This document shows positions 8,793 through 17,929 of a stretch of 32,000 nt of DNA, piece by piece. The DNA is from Candidatus Saccharimonas aalborgensis (GTDB lineage: Bacteria; Patescibacteriota; Saccharimonadia; Saccharimonadales; Saccharimonadaceae). The position numbers and the translations under genes are program-made. Every line of letters starts with the position of its first letter. Positions within the stretch are counted from its first letter, which is position 1. The notes under the pieces were generated by a model. That model had not been told where the DNA came from. It made no database searches and saw only the letters and a program-made list of their open reading frames with translations. The stretch spans positions 720,001 through 752,000 of the forward strand of contig NC_021219.1 of assembly GCF_000392435.1 (NCBI RefSeq). Direction: 5' to 3'.

Positions 8793-8822
8793 TTGACTTT
8801 ATATAGCTTTTATGCTTATAAT
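8793..8822 (+). promoter_or_regulatory. Sigma-70-like promoter (TTGACT-N18-TATAAT)
   Basis: TTGACT 8793-8798, TATAAT 8817-8822. Implies a TSS near 8829, downstream of the called ORF start at 8812. Confidence 0.65.
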
Positions 8823-8853
8823 GGGTATAGGCAATTCTAATAAACACCGTTAT

Positions 8854-9099
8854 ATGTTAAAAATCCACCACTCACACAATCCATTCTTCTCACCATCTGC
8901 TGCAACGCCAAGCTTGAGGTTGTCACCGGTTGAGCCCGATACGGATGAGCTTATACAAGATATTGAACACGAGCATGAAAATAATGAGGCATGGCAGCTC
9001 GAGAGAGATCTGGATGCCAGTGATCTTGATACGTTTTGGAGCGGCGTTGAGCAGGACCTCAAAAAAGATCCCACATGGTTTGATTTTACTCAAGATTAG
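8854..9099 (+). CDS. Small acidic hypothetical protein
   Basis: ORF MLKIHHSHNPFF...FDFTQD. Start moved from 8812 to 8854 because of the promoter position. Confidence 0.55.
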   Translation: MLKIHHSHNPFFSPSAATPSLRLSPVEPDTDELIQDIEHEHENNEAWQLERDLDASDLDTFWSGVEQDLKKDPTWFDFTQD

Positions 9100-9113
9100 C
9101 GCATACTAAAGGT

Positions 9114-9920
9114 ATGGTTACAAAAGCAATTATCCCCGTTGCGGGATGGGGCACGCGTCGTTTGCCTATCACAAAGTCAATCGAAAAATGCATGCTGCCT
9201 GTCGGTAATCGGCCGGTAGTCGATTTTATCGTGCAGGATTGTATAGAGGCTGGCATTACCGACATCTATTTTGTAGTGAGTGAGCATAGTGAACAGGTAA
9301 GGGACTACTATCGTTCAAATATCGATCTTAACGACTATCTAAAAAGAACTGGCAAGACCGATTTGCTTGACATGGTGCGACCTCCCAGAGTAAGTCTGCA
9401 CTATGTGGTTCAGTCGAGCTATGGGAAGTATGGGACGGCGATTCCTCCGAGCCTTGTATTTCGTGAGCTCGCCGAAGGAGAATCGGTCGTTATTGTGGGC
9501 GGTGATGATTTCATCTATAACCCCGGAGGAACATCTGCTGTAAAACGGCTTATCGACGCGGCAGAGGGGGTCGACGGGGCGCTCTATGGTGCCAGGGTTG
9601 AGGGCGATATTAGCCGCTACGGCGTGCTGGCACTGGACGGAACACTCTGTAAGGGTATAGTTGAGAAGCCGACACCTGGTAGCGAACCAAGTAGGCTGAT
9701 AAACATCAGTCAGTACGTATTGTCATATGAAGCAATGAGGATAATTTATGACTATGCAAAAACCGAGCAATCCGGCGAATACTACATCACTGACGTCGTG
9801 AACGAATATATCGTCAATGGGGGCAAATTGCGAGCTGTTGAGATCGAGGGCACCTATTTGGATTGCGGAACAGTTGAGGGTTGGCTGGCGGCGAACCGTA
9901 TTGTTATGGGTGACTCTTGA
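9114..9920 (+). CDS. galU: UTP--glucose-1-phosphate uridylyltransferase-like nucleotidyltransferase
   Basis: IIPVAGWGTRRLPITKSIEKCMLPVGNRPVVDFIVQDCIEAGI...VIVGGDDF. Confidence 0.85.
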   Translation: MVTKAIIPVAGWGTRRLPITKSIEKCMLPVGNRPVVDFIVQDCIEAGITDIYFVVSEHSEQVRDYYRSNIDLNDYLKRTGKTDLLDMVRPPRVSLHYVVQSSYGKYGTAIPPSLVFRELAEGESVVIVGGDDFIYNPGGTSAVKRLIDAAEGVDGALYGARVEGDISRYGVLALDGTLCKGIVEKPTPGSEPSRLINISQYVLSYEAMRIIYDYAKTEQSGEYYITDVVNEYIVNGGKLRAVEIEGTYLDCGTVEGWLAANRIVMGDS

Positions 9921-9945
9921 AAAACAATCCCGTATCTGTTACAAT
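9917..9945 (+). promoter_or_regulatory. Promoter for rplU (TTGAAA-N17-TACAAT)
   Basis: TTGAAA 9917-9922, 17-nt spacer, TACAAT 9940-9945. Overlaps the 3' end of galU. Confidence 0.7.
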
Positions 9946-9979
9946 CATTATCTGAGTTAGTAATCAAAAAGGAAATTAC

Positions 9980-10285
9980 ATGAAAGCAGTCGTGAAGATC
10001 GCTGGCAAGCAGTATATTGTCAGCGAAAAAGAGACCCTCATGGTGGACCTCCTCCCTGAAGGCACAAAAGAGCTCGATCTCGACGCACTTCTCGTGATTG
10101 ATGGCGACAAAACAACTATTGGCACGCCGCTCATCAAGGGAGTGAAAGTAAAAGCGAAGGTCGTTGAGCCAAAAGTTGGCGGCGAGAAACTCCGCATTAT
10201 CCGCTACAAGAGCAAAAAACGCGTGAATACCCAGACGGGACACCGTCAAAAGTATACCAAGATTGAGATACTCTCAATAAAATAA
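9980..10285 (+). CDS. rplU: 50S ribosomal protein L21
   Basis: MKAVVKIAGKQYIVSEKE...KRVNTQTGHRQKYTKIEI. Confidence 0.95.
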   Translation: MKAVVKIAGKQYIVSEKETLMVDLLPEGTKELDLDALLVIDGDKTTIGTPLIKGVKVKAKVVEPKVGGEKLRIIRYKSKKRVNTQTGHRQKYTKIEILSIK

Positions 10286-10292
10286 GAAATAG

Positions 10293-10320
10293 CGGCCTCC
10301 GAAAAGGAGGTCGTTTTTTT
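10293..10320 (+). terminator. Rho-independent terminator after rplU
   Basis: CGGCCTCC-GAAAA-GGAGGTCG followed by TTTTTTT. Confidence 0.92.
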
Positions 10321-11476
10321 ATCCTACCCATGCACCGATATAGAAAAAGACAATGTTGGTGACAAGCAACAGAAATGAAGAAGCACCGATACCAACAAGT
10401 AATGGCCTAGAGATACGGTGGCGAAAAAGTGCAAGACCGAGAAATAGCGGGAAAATAGAGAGAATGTAGCGATTGATGCTCATCATTGAGCCAGCGCTTA
10501 GAGTGAGAACAAACGGTGCAAGGCAATATAACAGCCAGCGCCAGCCAAGTGTTTTGTAGGTTGCTATACAGAGAAAGCTATAGACGGCAAGGTACCAGAC
10601 GTCGCGAATATCTGAATGAAGGAACATGTTTGAAATGTAGTTGGATGAAAACTTGCCCCAGATGGTTTGGGCATGAATGAAAGCGAGGGCATCGCCGCGC
10701 GTGATGAATTGAAATACCATAAAGGCGAGCATTCCGAGTGGTGCCATAATGAGCGGAATGAGTTTGCGGTATTCAATAGGTTGACGCAAGACAATACGCC
10801 GACGTCGGACACTGATAAGCTCAAGGAAAAAGAAAATAACAAGACAGATACCCTGGACGCGGGTTGCGGTTGCCAGTGCCGCGAGAAGTCCCGCGAGAGC
10901 GTAGCGATGTTGCCTATACGAAAGCAGGCTCCCTGCAATGAGCAGCATGAATAAACTCTCAGTATAGCCAGTTGCAAGGAAAAATGATGTAGGGAAAAGC
11001 ACTAACCCCATAAGCATAAACTTGGGGGCGGCACTATCACGAATGCGGGCATGTCGAAGCTCGGCAATTGCCCAGTAGTACAACACAACGACTAGCGTGA
11101 GAGCACTCATCCAGTCAATAATGAGGAGAGACCAATCAATTGGTATGCCACTTATAACGCTAAGACCGTGCGTGATCATTGGATAAAAGGGAAAAAAGGC
11201 AATACGTGCTCGCGCAGGACTTGTGGGTGTGCTGGCGTCGTAGCCAGACGTAGCGATATTGTAGTAATGTTCGCTGTCATAGTACAAGATATTGTTGAGC
11301 GGTGGGGAAAATGCGGCCAGTCGGTAGTCATGAGTGGGGTAACGGCGGAGATAGTCACCCCTTGACCATGTGCCAAGTACTGTTACTGCCACTAAAAAAC
11401 AGGCCATGGTAACAATAAGCACGACCCAAGGATGACTTGACCAGAGTAAAGACAGCCTTTGTTTTGCGCTACGCAT
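10319..11476 (-). CDS. PIG-V-like mannosyltransferase family membrane protein
   Basis: Multi-TM protein with YYDSEHYYNIATSGYD and FFPFYPMI...LFPTSFFLATGYTESLF, typical of the family. Confidence 0.75.
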   Translation of the reverse strand: MRSAKQRLSLLWSSHPWVVLIVTMACFLVAVTVLGTWSRGDYLRRYPTHDYRLAAFSPPLNNILYYDSEHYYNIATSGYDASTPTSPARARIAFFPFYPMITHGLSVISGIPIDWSLLIIDWMSALTLVVVLYYWAIAELRHARIRDSAAPKFMLMGLVLFPTSFFLATGYTESLFMLLIAGSLLSYRQHRYALAGLLAALATATRVQGICLVIFFFLELISVRRRRIVLRQPIEYRKLIPLIMAPLGMLAFMVFQFITRGDALAFIHAQTIWGKFSSNYISNMFLHSDIRDVWYLAVYSFLCIATYKTLGWRWLLYCLAPFVLTLSAGSMMSINRYILSIFPLFLGLALFRHRISRPLLVGIGASSFLLLVTNIVFFYIGAWVG

Positions 11477-11538
11477 TGAGTATTACTATACCGTGGTGAT
11501 TTGCTGGTGACAATGCGCTTATTTTTGACCAGGCATCA

Positions 11539-11547
11539 TGGTATAAT
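11539..11547 (+). promoter_or_regulatory. Extended -10 promoter upstream of parA (TGG-TATAAT)
   Basis: TGGTATAAT about 32 nt before the GTG at 11580. Confidence 0.6.
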
Positions 11548-11579
11548 TGTACTAGCGAAAGAGAGGGAAAACGCACAGC

Positions 11580-12341
11580 GTGGTAACGGTGATTTCGGTG
11601 ACGAATCAAAAAGGTGGGGTTGGTAAAACAACAACTGCTATCAATACGGCGTATTATCTTGCAAAAATGGGCAAGTCGACGCTCTTGATTGACTTTGACC
11701 CGCAGGGAAATGCAACCAGCGGTCTTGGTATTGATAAGCAATCGCTGACGGGGACAATGAACGACGTCATCTTGGAGACAAAGAAGTTAGTCGATGTCAT
11801 TGTACCCACTGAGCAGGCACGGTTATTTTTGGCACCCTCTACCCCCGAGTTAGCAAATGCAGAAGTTGAATTGGCGCAGGCCAATCGTCGCTTTAGCCGG
11901 CTAAAAAATGCTATTGAAAACGGTCCTGCCTATGATTTCATTATCATTGATAGCCCTCCCAGCCTTAGTTTGTTGACGGTTAATGGGTTGATCGCCGCAC
12001 GCTATGTACTTTTACCGGTACAGGCTGAATTTTATGCACTCGAGGGACTAAGCCAGCTGCTTGAGACGATGAAACTTGTGCGTAAAAGTATGAACCCAAC
12101 GCTCGACCTACTAGGTGTATTGCCAACAATGGTAGATAGTCGAACGTCATTGTCAACACAGGTACTTGCCGAGATCACGAAACATTTTCCGGGGAAAGTC
12201 TTCAAAACTGTTATTCCGCGCAACGTGCGACTCGCTGAAGCCCCAAGTCATGGAGTTGCGATCGGGTCCTATGATCGATTTAGTAAAGGAGCTCGCGCCT
12301 ACAAAGCAGTGACAAAGGAGGTGATTGAACGTGTCAGCTAA
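11580..12341 (+). CDS. parA: Chromosome partitioning ATPase ParA/Soj
   Basis: Deviant Walker A KGGVGKTT, DFDPQGNATSGLG, IIDSPPSLSLL. GTG start. Confidence 0.95.
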   Translation: MVTVISVTNQKGGVGKTTTAINTAYYLAKMGKSTLLIDFDPQGNATSGLGIDKQSLTGTMNDVILETKKLVDVIVPTEQARLFLAPSTPELANAEVELAQANRRFSRLKNAIENGPAYDFIIIDSPPSLSLLTVNGLIAARYVLLPVQAEFYALEGLSQLLETMKLVRKSMNPTLDLLGVLPTMVDSRTSLSTQVLAEITKHFPGKVFKTVIPRNVRLAEAPSHGVAIGSYDRFSKGARAYKAVTKEVIERVS

Positions 12342-13233
12342 AAAAACGGGGTTAGGGAGAAGTTTTAACTCTCTCATCCCCACGGAATTTTTTGATGAGT
12401 CGTTTGATCCTACCGCCGATCAAGATGACAGAGTCAGTGATCTTCGCTACATACGGCTCGAGGAAATTACGCCCGATCCTGATCAGCCAAGGCGAACATT
12501 TGATGAATTGTCACTGAGTGAACTCACTACCTCAATTCGTGATTACGGCGTACTGCAGCCGATCGTCGTAAGGCCCCATCAGGGCAACTATATGATTGTT
12601 GCCGGAGAGCGACGATTTCGAGCAGCAAAACTAGCTGGTCTTACTAAGATACCGGCGTTGGTCCGGACACTCTCCAACCAACACAAATTGGAGCTTTCGC
12701 TGATTGAAAATCTACAGCGCAGTGATCTTAATCCGCTCGAGACCGCGACAGCTTACTTGAAATTGCGCGATCAATTTAATTTGACGTTAGACCAAATCGG
12801 AGAGCGTGTGGGAGGCAAGTCGGTGAGTACGATTAGCAATACGCTTCGATTGTTGCGGCTTCCTGCAATGGTACGTGAAGCGCTCGCCGATGGACGTTTG
12901 AGCGAAGGCAGGGCAAGACCTCTTGTCAACCTCGATGAAGCCACAATCGAAAGTATTTTGCCGCGGATGATCGCCGAAGACTGGAGTGCCCGTATGACTG
13001 AGCAATATATCTCTCGGCTAAAAAGCCACAATAGGGTGACTTCCGGGCCAGCAGCTTCAGGAGCTGAAACAGTAGCATCACTTGATGCTGCGGCCTCTCG
13101 GTTGCAGAAGCGATTTAAGGTGCCGGTGAAGATAAAAGCGACGCCAAGGGGAGCGGGTTCAATAACCATAGCGTTCAAAAATCATAATGAGTTTAAGCGC
13201 CTTACTGAATTATTGGATAGCTCTAGTCACTAG
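12331..13233 (+). CDS. parB: Chromosome partitioning protein ParB
   Basis: DPDQPRRTFDE, GERRFRAAKLAGL, ENLQRSDLNPLE, and HTH segment. GTG at 12331 preferred. Overlaps parA. Confidence 0.93.
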   Translation: MSAKKTGLGRSFNSLIPTEFFDESFDPTADQDDRVSDLRYIRLEEITPDPDQPRRTFDELSLSELTTSIRDYGVLQPIVVRPHQGNYMIVAGERRFRAAKLAGLTKIPALVRTLSNQHKLELSLIENLQRSDLNPLETATAYLKLRDQFNLTLDQIGERVGGKSVSTISNTLRLLRLPAMVREALADGRLSEGRARPLVNLDEATIESILPRMIAEDWSARMTEQYISRLKSHNRVTSGPAASGAETVASLDAAASRLQKRFKVPVKIKATPRGAGSITIAFKNHNEFKRLTELLDSSSH

Positions 13234-13826
13234 TAAAACGTAATAGAAGTCAGAGGCCAAATTCGTGCCGAAACTGGCCCGATGACATCAAAGAGAGGAA
13301 TTGTTCCTAGCCCACTACGTGAATCGTAAGAATAATTACCTTGGCGATGATCACCACAGACAAATAGCGTCCCATCCGGTACAGTCATATCGACCTCACC
13401 ACTCGTGGGGGATCCCGGTCCCTTTGTTGCATCATCGGGGCGAAAGCCGTCAGTGTGAGCGGCATTATAGACAGTAACCACACCATCCTTAACGGTAACG
13501 CGCTCTCCTGCAAAAGCGATGACGCGCTTTACAATATACTCGTCTGGCTCACCCGCGACATAACGAGGATTTTTGAACACAATAATTTGTCCTCGCTCTG
13601 GTGTGTAGGGCTGGTTCTTTAGCTGGGCCATCGTAACAGGGATGCGATTGACAATCAACCTGTCGCCTGTATACATCGTTGATTCCATGCTTGGTCCTAA
13701 GACGCTGAAACTTCGGAAGACAAAGGCATTGATAAGAATAGTACCAATGGCAACGAGAAGGATAAATATACCAAATTGAAATGCATCTTTGATTCGGGGG
13801 TGTCGTGTAAGATAATTGGCTTCCAT
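13230..13826 (-). CDS. lepB: Signal peptidase I
   Basis: GPSMESTM (Ser), IVKRVIAFAGERV (Lys), VCGDHRQGNYSYDSRSGLG. ATG with AAGGAG SD preferred (MEANYLTRH). Confidence 0.92.
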   Translation of the reverse strand: MEANYLTRHPRIKDAFQFGIFILLVAIGTILINAFVFRSFSVLGPSMESTMYTGDRLIVNRIPVTMAQLKNQPYTPERGQIIVFKNPRYVAGEPDEYIVKRVIAFAGERVTVKDGVVTVYNAAHTDGFRPDDATKGPGSPTSGEVDMTVPDGTLFVCGDHRQGNYSYDSRSGLGTIPLFDVIGPVSARIWPLTSITFY

Positions 13827-13925
13827 CAACTCCTTACTATACAACATAGGGGGGTAAATATAACCTCAAAACATAGACAGTTTTATTTCTTTTTACCTCT
13901 CAATCCGCTATAGTAGAGGGAGTTT

Positions 13926-15584
13926 ATGGTCAAAAAACCTTCTGTTGACGGCTTTATTCCACGACGCTCGCCTGGGGCAATAGGCGAGTATCATCAGGGG
14001 TATACCCCAGTTTTGCCAGCGCCGGTCAGCGAAGCATCTGGTCTGAAGCGGGCGGAGACTAAGAGTGCGCCAGTATTGGCTGCGAGCGGTCAAGCATTGA
14101 GTCGCGCGGACGTCGATGAGTCACTTAGGCAAATTGACGAGTCGTCAGTAGTAGAGATTGCAGAAAAAAGGCATAAGCGTTTCCGACGACGAACCGCTAA
14201 GCGGCCCGTGTCTTCTCGACGCAAACTCGTGAAGTGGCTAGTGATTGCTGTTATCACCACGATGGTGGTGTTTGCCGGCTGGTTTGGTGTCAAAGTGCTC
14301 CTCGCAGGTCATGCAGTATTTAAAGGAGATTTTTTCGGTATATTGCAACAGAGAGAACTAAAACAGGATGCTAATGGACGTAGTAATGTATTGATTGTCG
14401 GTACGTCTGAAGATGATCCGGGGCATCAAGGCGCAACTCTGACAGATTCAATCATGATTCTCAGCATTGATCAAAAAAATAAGAACGCTTATATGATCAG
14501 TATCCCTAGGGACATGGAGGTACGATATGGACGTTCGTGCGTCGGAACGGGTAACAATGCGGGTAAAATAAACGCATTCTTTGCTTGTTCAAATGATGAT
14601 TTCAGTTCAGATTCCGCCGAGACCGAGCGTCAGAACGAGGCGCGTAAGTTCTTTGGCGATATCGTCGGGCTGGATATTCAGTACAGTGTACATGTCAACT
14701 ACAGTGTGATGCGTGATCTTGTGGGAGCGCTGGGTGGTATTACTGTGACCATTGAGAGCCGCGATCCACGTGGGCAGATGGATGCAAACTTCGACTGGAA
14801 ATGTAGAGGTGGTAACGCCTATGCGAGCTTGGCAACGATGAAGAAAAATTGCCCGCCCAACGGCCATTTTATTGATTATCCAAATGGGCCGGTGACGCTC
14901 GATGCTGAACACGCTCTGTATCTTGCACAGGCACGTGGTGATGTCGAAAACTATGGTTTTGAGATGTCAAACTTTGATCGTGAGAAAAATCAGCAAAAAA
15001 TTATTGTTGCAATCAAAGAGAAGGCCATGAGCAGCGGCACTCTGACTGACATTGGAAAAGTCATGGGTATTATCGACGCAATTGGAAAAAATTTGCGTAC
15101 CAACTTTGACACTAGCGAGATCAGGACCTTGACCTCACTTGCAAAAGACATTCCGTCATCAAGCGTCCAAAGTATTAGCCTCATCGACAATCAATTGGTT
15201 GATCCTTCCGGCCAGCCGAGAGCGGGCTTATATAATTTCTCAAAAATACAAGCGTTTCTCAAGAAAAGGTTGAGCACCGATCCACTACTTGCCGAAGGCG
15301 CGCAAGTGACGGTTCTTAACGGGTCAGGAGTGACAGGTGCCGCTCAGAAACAAGTCGATACTCTAGCAGACATAGGGATAGACGCGACGGCAGGGAATGC
15401 GCCGTCGGGAGAGTATTCGGCAAACATCATTTATCAACTAACCGATAAAAAGCCCGCAACTGCCAAAAAATTAACTGAGCTCTACGGAGTAACACCAGTC
15501 ACAACCGCGCCTCCAGTGACGGTCAGTGAAGGCGTGGACTTTGTCATCATTTTGGCACCTCCCACTAAGTCAGCTACTCCGTAG
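13926..15584 (+). CDS. LytR-CpsA-Psr family protein with LytR_C-like C-terminal domain
   Basis: GTSEDDPGHQGATLTDSIMILSIDQKNKNAYMISIPRDMEV and TVLNGSGVTGAAQKQVDTL. Confidence 0.88.
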   Translation: MVKKPSVDGFIPRRSPGAIGEYHQGYTPVLPAPVSEASGLKRAETKSAPVLAASGQALSRADVDESLRQIDESSVVEIAEKRHKRFRRRTAKRPVSSRRKLVKWLVIAVITTMVVFAGWFGVKVLLAGHAVFKGDFFGILQQRELKQDANGRSNVLIVGTSEDDPGHQGATLTDSIMILSIDQKNKNAYMISIPRDMEVRYGRSCVGTGNNAGKINAFFACSNDDFSSDSAETERQNEARKFFGDIVGLDIQYSVHVNYSVMRDLVGALGGITVTIESRDPRGQMDANFDWKCRGGNAYASLATMKKNCPPNGHFIDYPNGPVTLDAEHALYLAQARGDVENYGFEMSNFDREKNQQKIIVAIKEKAMSSGTLTDIGKVMGIIDAIGKNLRTNFDTSEIRTLTSLAKDIPSSSVQSISLIDNQLVDPSGQPRAGLYNFSKIQAFLKKRLSTDPLLAEGAQVTVLNGSGVTGAAQKQVDTLADIGIDATAGNAPSGEYSANIIYQLTDKKPATAKKLTELYGVTPVTTAPPVTVSEGVDFVIILAPPTKSATP

Positions 15585-15589
15585 ATTCG

Positions 15590-15598
15590 TGATATAAT
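15590..15598 (+). promoter_or_regulatory. Extended -10 promoter (TGA-TATAAT)
   Basis: Ends 11 nt before the ATG at 15610. Confidence 0.55.
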
Positions 15599-15609
15599 AA
15601 GCTTCACAT

Positions 15610-16392
15610 ATGGATTTGCTCAAGTCACATAAGCGTCGTTCGCGGATAAGTGAAGTCCTCTATATTACTCTCAATATTGGCCTGGCGCTGTCACTGTTTG
15701 TCGTGGTTCTTTCCGTCCAATCAACTTGGCTAGCATATCTTTTGGTGCTACTAAGCAAATGGCGTGCTCTTGCTGTGCGTCCGAGATTTTGGTTTGCCAA
15801 TCTTGTCGCCAATCTCGTCGACATTATTGTCGGGTTAGCGGTTGTGACGCTTATGTACGCTGCATCGGGTATCGTACCGCTCCAGGCTGCGTTGGCAGTT
15901 ATCTACAGCGTGTGGCTACTTTTTATTAAGCCTCGCTCGAGTAAATTATACGTTGCAATCCAGGCAGCAGCAGCCGTCTTTTTTGGAGTCACGGCTCTTT
16001 CGCTCGTTGCCTATGCCCCACACTCGACCATATTTGTCGCTGGTATGTGGCTGATAGGCTATTCGTCGGCACGTCACGTACTGGGTAGTTATGAAGAGAA
16101 CATGACGGTGCTCTATAGTCTTATTGCCGGGCTCATGTTTGCCGAACTGGGATGGCTAGGATATCACTGGCTATTTGCTTATACGCTTCCTGGATTTGGA
16201 CAAATAAAATTATCCCAACTTGCTATCCTGACGACTCTCTACTGTTTTGTTGCAGAACGTGCCTATGCAAGTTACCATCGACACGGCGTCGTCAAAACAC
16301 GCGACATCCTGATGCCCACGCTGCTCGCACTCAGTATCACGATAGTTTTGGTGATATTTTATAACGATGTAAGTGCTATAAAGTCAGTATAG
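15610..16392 (+). CDS. Hypothetical polytopic membrane protein
   Basis: 260-aa ORF with about 7-8 hydrophobic segments. Family not recognised. Confidence 0.7.
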   Translation: MDLLKSHKRRSRISEVLYITLNIGLALSLFVVVLSVQSTWLAYLLVLLSKWRALAVRPRFWFANLVANLVDIIVGLAVVTLMYAASGIVPLQAALAVIYSVWLLFIKPRSSKLYVAIQAAAAVFFGVTALSLVAYAPHSTIFVAGMWLIGYSSARHVLGSYEENMTVLYSLIAGLMFAELGWLGYHWLFAYTLPGFGQIKLSQLAILTTLYCFVAERAYASYHRHGVVKTRDILMPTLLALSITIVLVIFYNDVSAIKSV

Positions 16393-17274
16393 TCACTGTG
16401 CACGCCGAAAGGCGAGACAAAATCCATCGGTTTTAAGATGGTCAAGGTTCCGTGAAACTGCGCGAGCGATGATCTGAGGGTGTTGGCGCGGATCAGCTTC
16501 GAGAATAAGGATCGATCCCACCTGTGTTACTCTGGGAAGTTGATCAAATAGTTCGTATATCAGCGCCAACCCACCTTCATCGGCGAAGAGAGCTTCTGGT
16601 GGTTCTGCATCAGTTTCGGGAGAGCACTGCCAGGAGTGATCAACATAAGGGAGATTGGCAATTACGTACCGGTAGTTCATTGAATCAACTGAGTGAAGCA
16701 GGTCGGAACGTATGCACGTAACGTTTGCAGCGAGGAGGCGAGCGTTTTCTTCGGCAATGCGTAAGGCATGATGACTATTGTCACTGAGTGTCACCTCAAG
16801 ATGCGGGTATTCAAGACAGGCAGTAATACCCAGGCAGCCACTCCCGGTGCCAATATCGATGAGCTTGGCAGGGTTGGTAGTGACGTATTCTCCTAATAAC
16901 TGAATGATTGTCTCGGATTCGGGTCGCGGAATTAATGTCGCGGGTGTTACTTTAAACAGTCTTCCGTAAAACTCCTTATGGCCAATAATGTAGGCAATCG
17001 GTGTGCGATCGAGCCGAAGGTCAAGGCGTGCATTGGCGATATTGAGTTCTCTCAAAGAGAGGAAGTTATGCGCATGGGCGTGCAAAAAAGTTCGGGATTT
17101 TCGGAGGGTATGCGAAAGAATGATCTCGGCATCGAGCAGGGCACTCGTGATACCAATATCAGCAAGTTGCTCAGCAGCATCCCGAAGCCAGTGGTTGATG
17201 GTAGTGTGTTTATCGAGAACAAAGGTCATAACACCTTGATTGTAGCACGAATCACTAGACACTATGGCGCTCAT
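16393..17274 (-). CDS. prmC: PrmC/HemK-type N5-glutamine methyltransferase
   Basis: IPRPESETI, LIDIGTGSGCLGI, and catalytic-loop equivalent ANLPYVDHSW (canonical NPPY). Confidence 0.88.
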   Translation of the reverse strand: MSAIVSSDSCYNQGVMTFVLDKHTTINHWLRDAAEQLADIGITSALLDAEIILSHTLRKSRTFLHAHAHNFLSLRELNIANARLDLRLDRTPIAYIIGHKEFYGRLFKVTPATLIPRPESETIIQLLGEYVTTNPAKLIDIGTGSGCLGITACLEYPHLEVTLSDNSHHALRIAEENARLLAANVTCIRSDLLHSVDSMNYRYVIANLPYVDHSWQCSPETDAEPPEALFADEGGLALIYELFDQLPRVTQVGSILILEADPRQHPQIIARAVSRNLDHLKTDGFCLAFRRAQ

Positions 17275-17324
17275 GTATTACACTCTTAGTAGTTAATTGA
17301 TCATCAATAAAGGAGATTACGTCT

Positions 17325-17873
17325 ATGTCACAAGATCAACCGCATCATCAAGGAGACCACGCTCCAGCTCAACCGCCGGTGGTAGAGCAACCACCAATGC
17401 AACAACCAGTAAATCCTTATTTTGCTCAGTCTCAAGGAGCTCCCGTGCAGTATATTGTTGCAAGTCAGTCACTCAAAGGTATTGGCGGCTGGCTTCTCTT
17501 TTGGGTAATTATCCTTGGCTTAGCGGGAGTGGGCTATATTACGCTATTCTTTGCTGCACTTACGAATCTTGATTCGCCAAGTGCTATAGTGATGGCGATT
17601 TTTGCGCCATTCTTGGCAATAACTGCTCTTGGAGCTGTGGTCTCTATCTCAATGCAAAAGAAGCTTGGTAAACTCGCAGCTATGGCTTATATCGGTGTGG
17701 CGGTGCTCTATAGTGTTATCAATGCGATTGTTTCGTTTGCTGCCGGCACAGGTGGTAGCAGCTCGAACATCGCTACTCTCATGGGTAGCATTGTTGGCAC
17801 AATCGTCTTTGGCGGATTGATGATCCTCTACTTTATTCAGTCGAGGCGCGTCAAAGAAACACTCGTCAACTAA
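17325..17873 (+). CDS. Hypothetical membrane protein with Pro/Gln-rich N-terminus
   Basis: Gln/Pro-rich N-terminus followed by four hydrophobic segments (GGWLLFWVIILGLAGV). SD AAAGGAG upstream. Confidence 0.65.
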   Translation: MSQDQPHHQGDHAPAQPPVVEQPPMQQPVNPYFAQSQGAPVQYIVASQSLKGIGGWLLFWVIILGLAGVGYITLFFAALTNLDSPSAIVMAIFAPFLAITALGAVVSISMQKKLGKLAAMAYIGVAVLYSVINAIVSFAAGTGGSSSNIATLMGSIVGTIVFGGLMILYFIQSRRVKETLVN

Positions 17874-17893
17874 GAGACGCGGAAAGTACGAAT

Positions 17894-17929
17894 AAAAACG
17901 GGCTATGGTCACGGAGTAGTCCGTTTTTT
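17894..17929. terminator. Bidirectional terminator between the 17325 ORF and prfA
   Basis: AAAAACGGGCTA/TAGTCCGTTTTT 12-bp stem (one G-U) with T tracts on both strands. Genes converge here. Confidence 0.8.

Noticed and set aside
13230-13233. Convergent parB/lepB stop codons overlapping through a CTAG palindrome
   Set aside because: Real, but a normal consequence of genome compaction; CTAG trivially encodes a stop on both strands.
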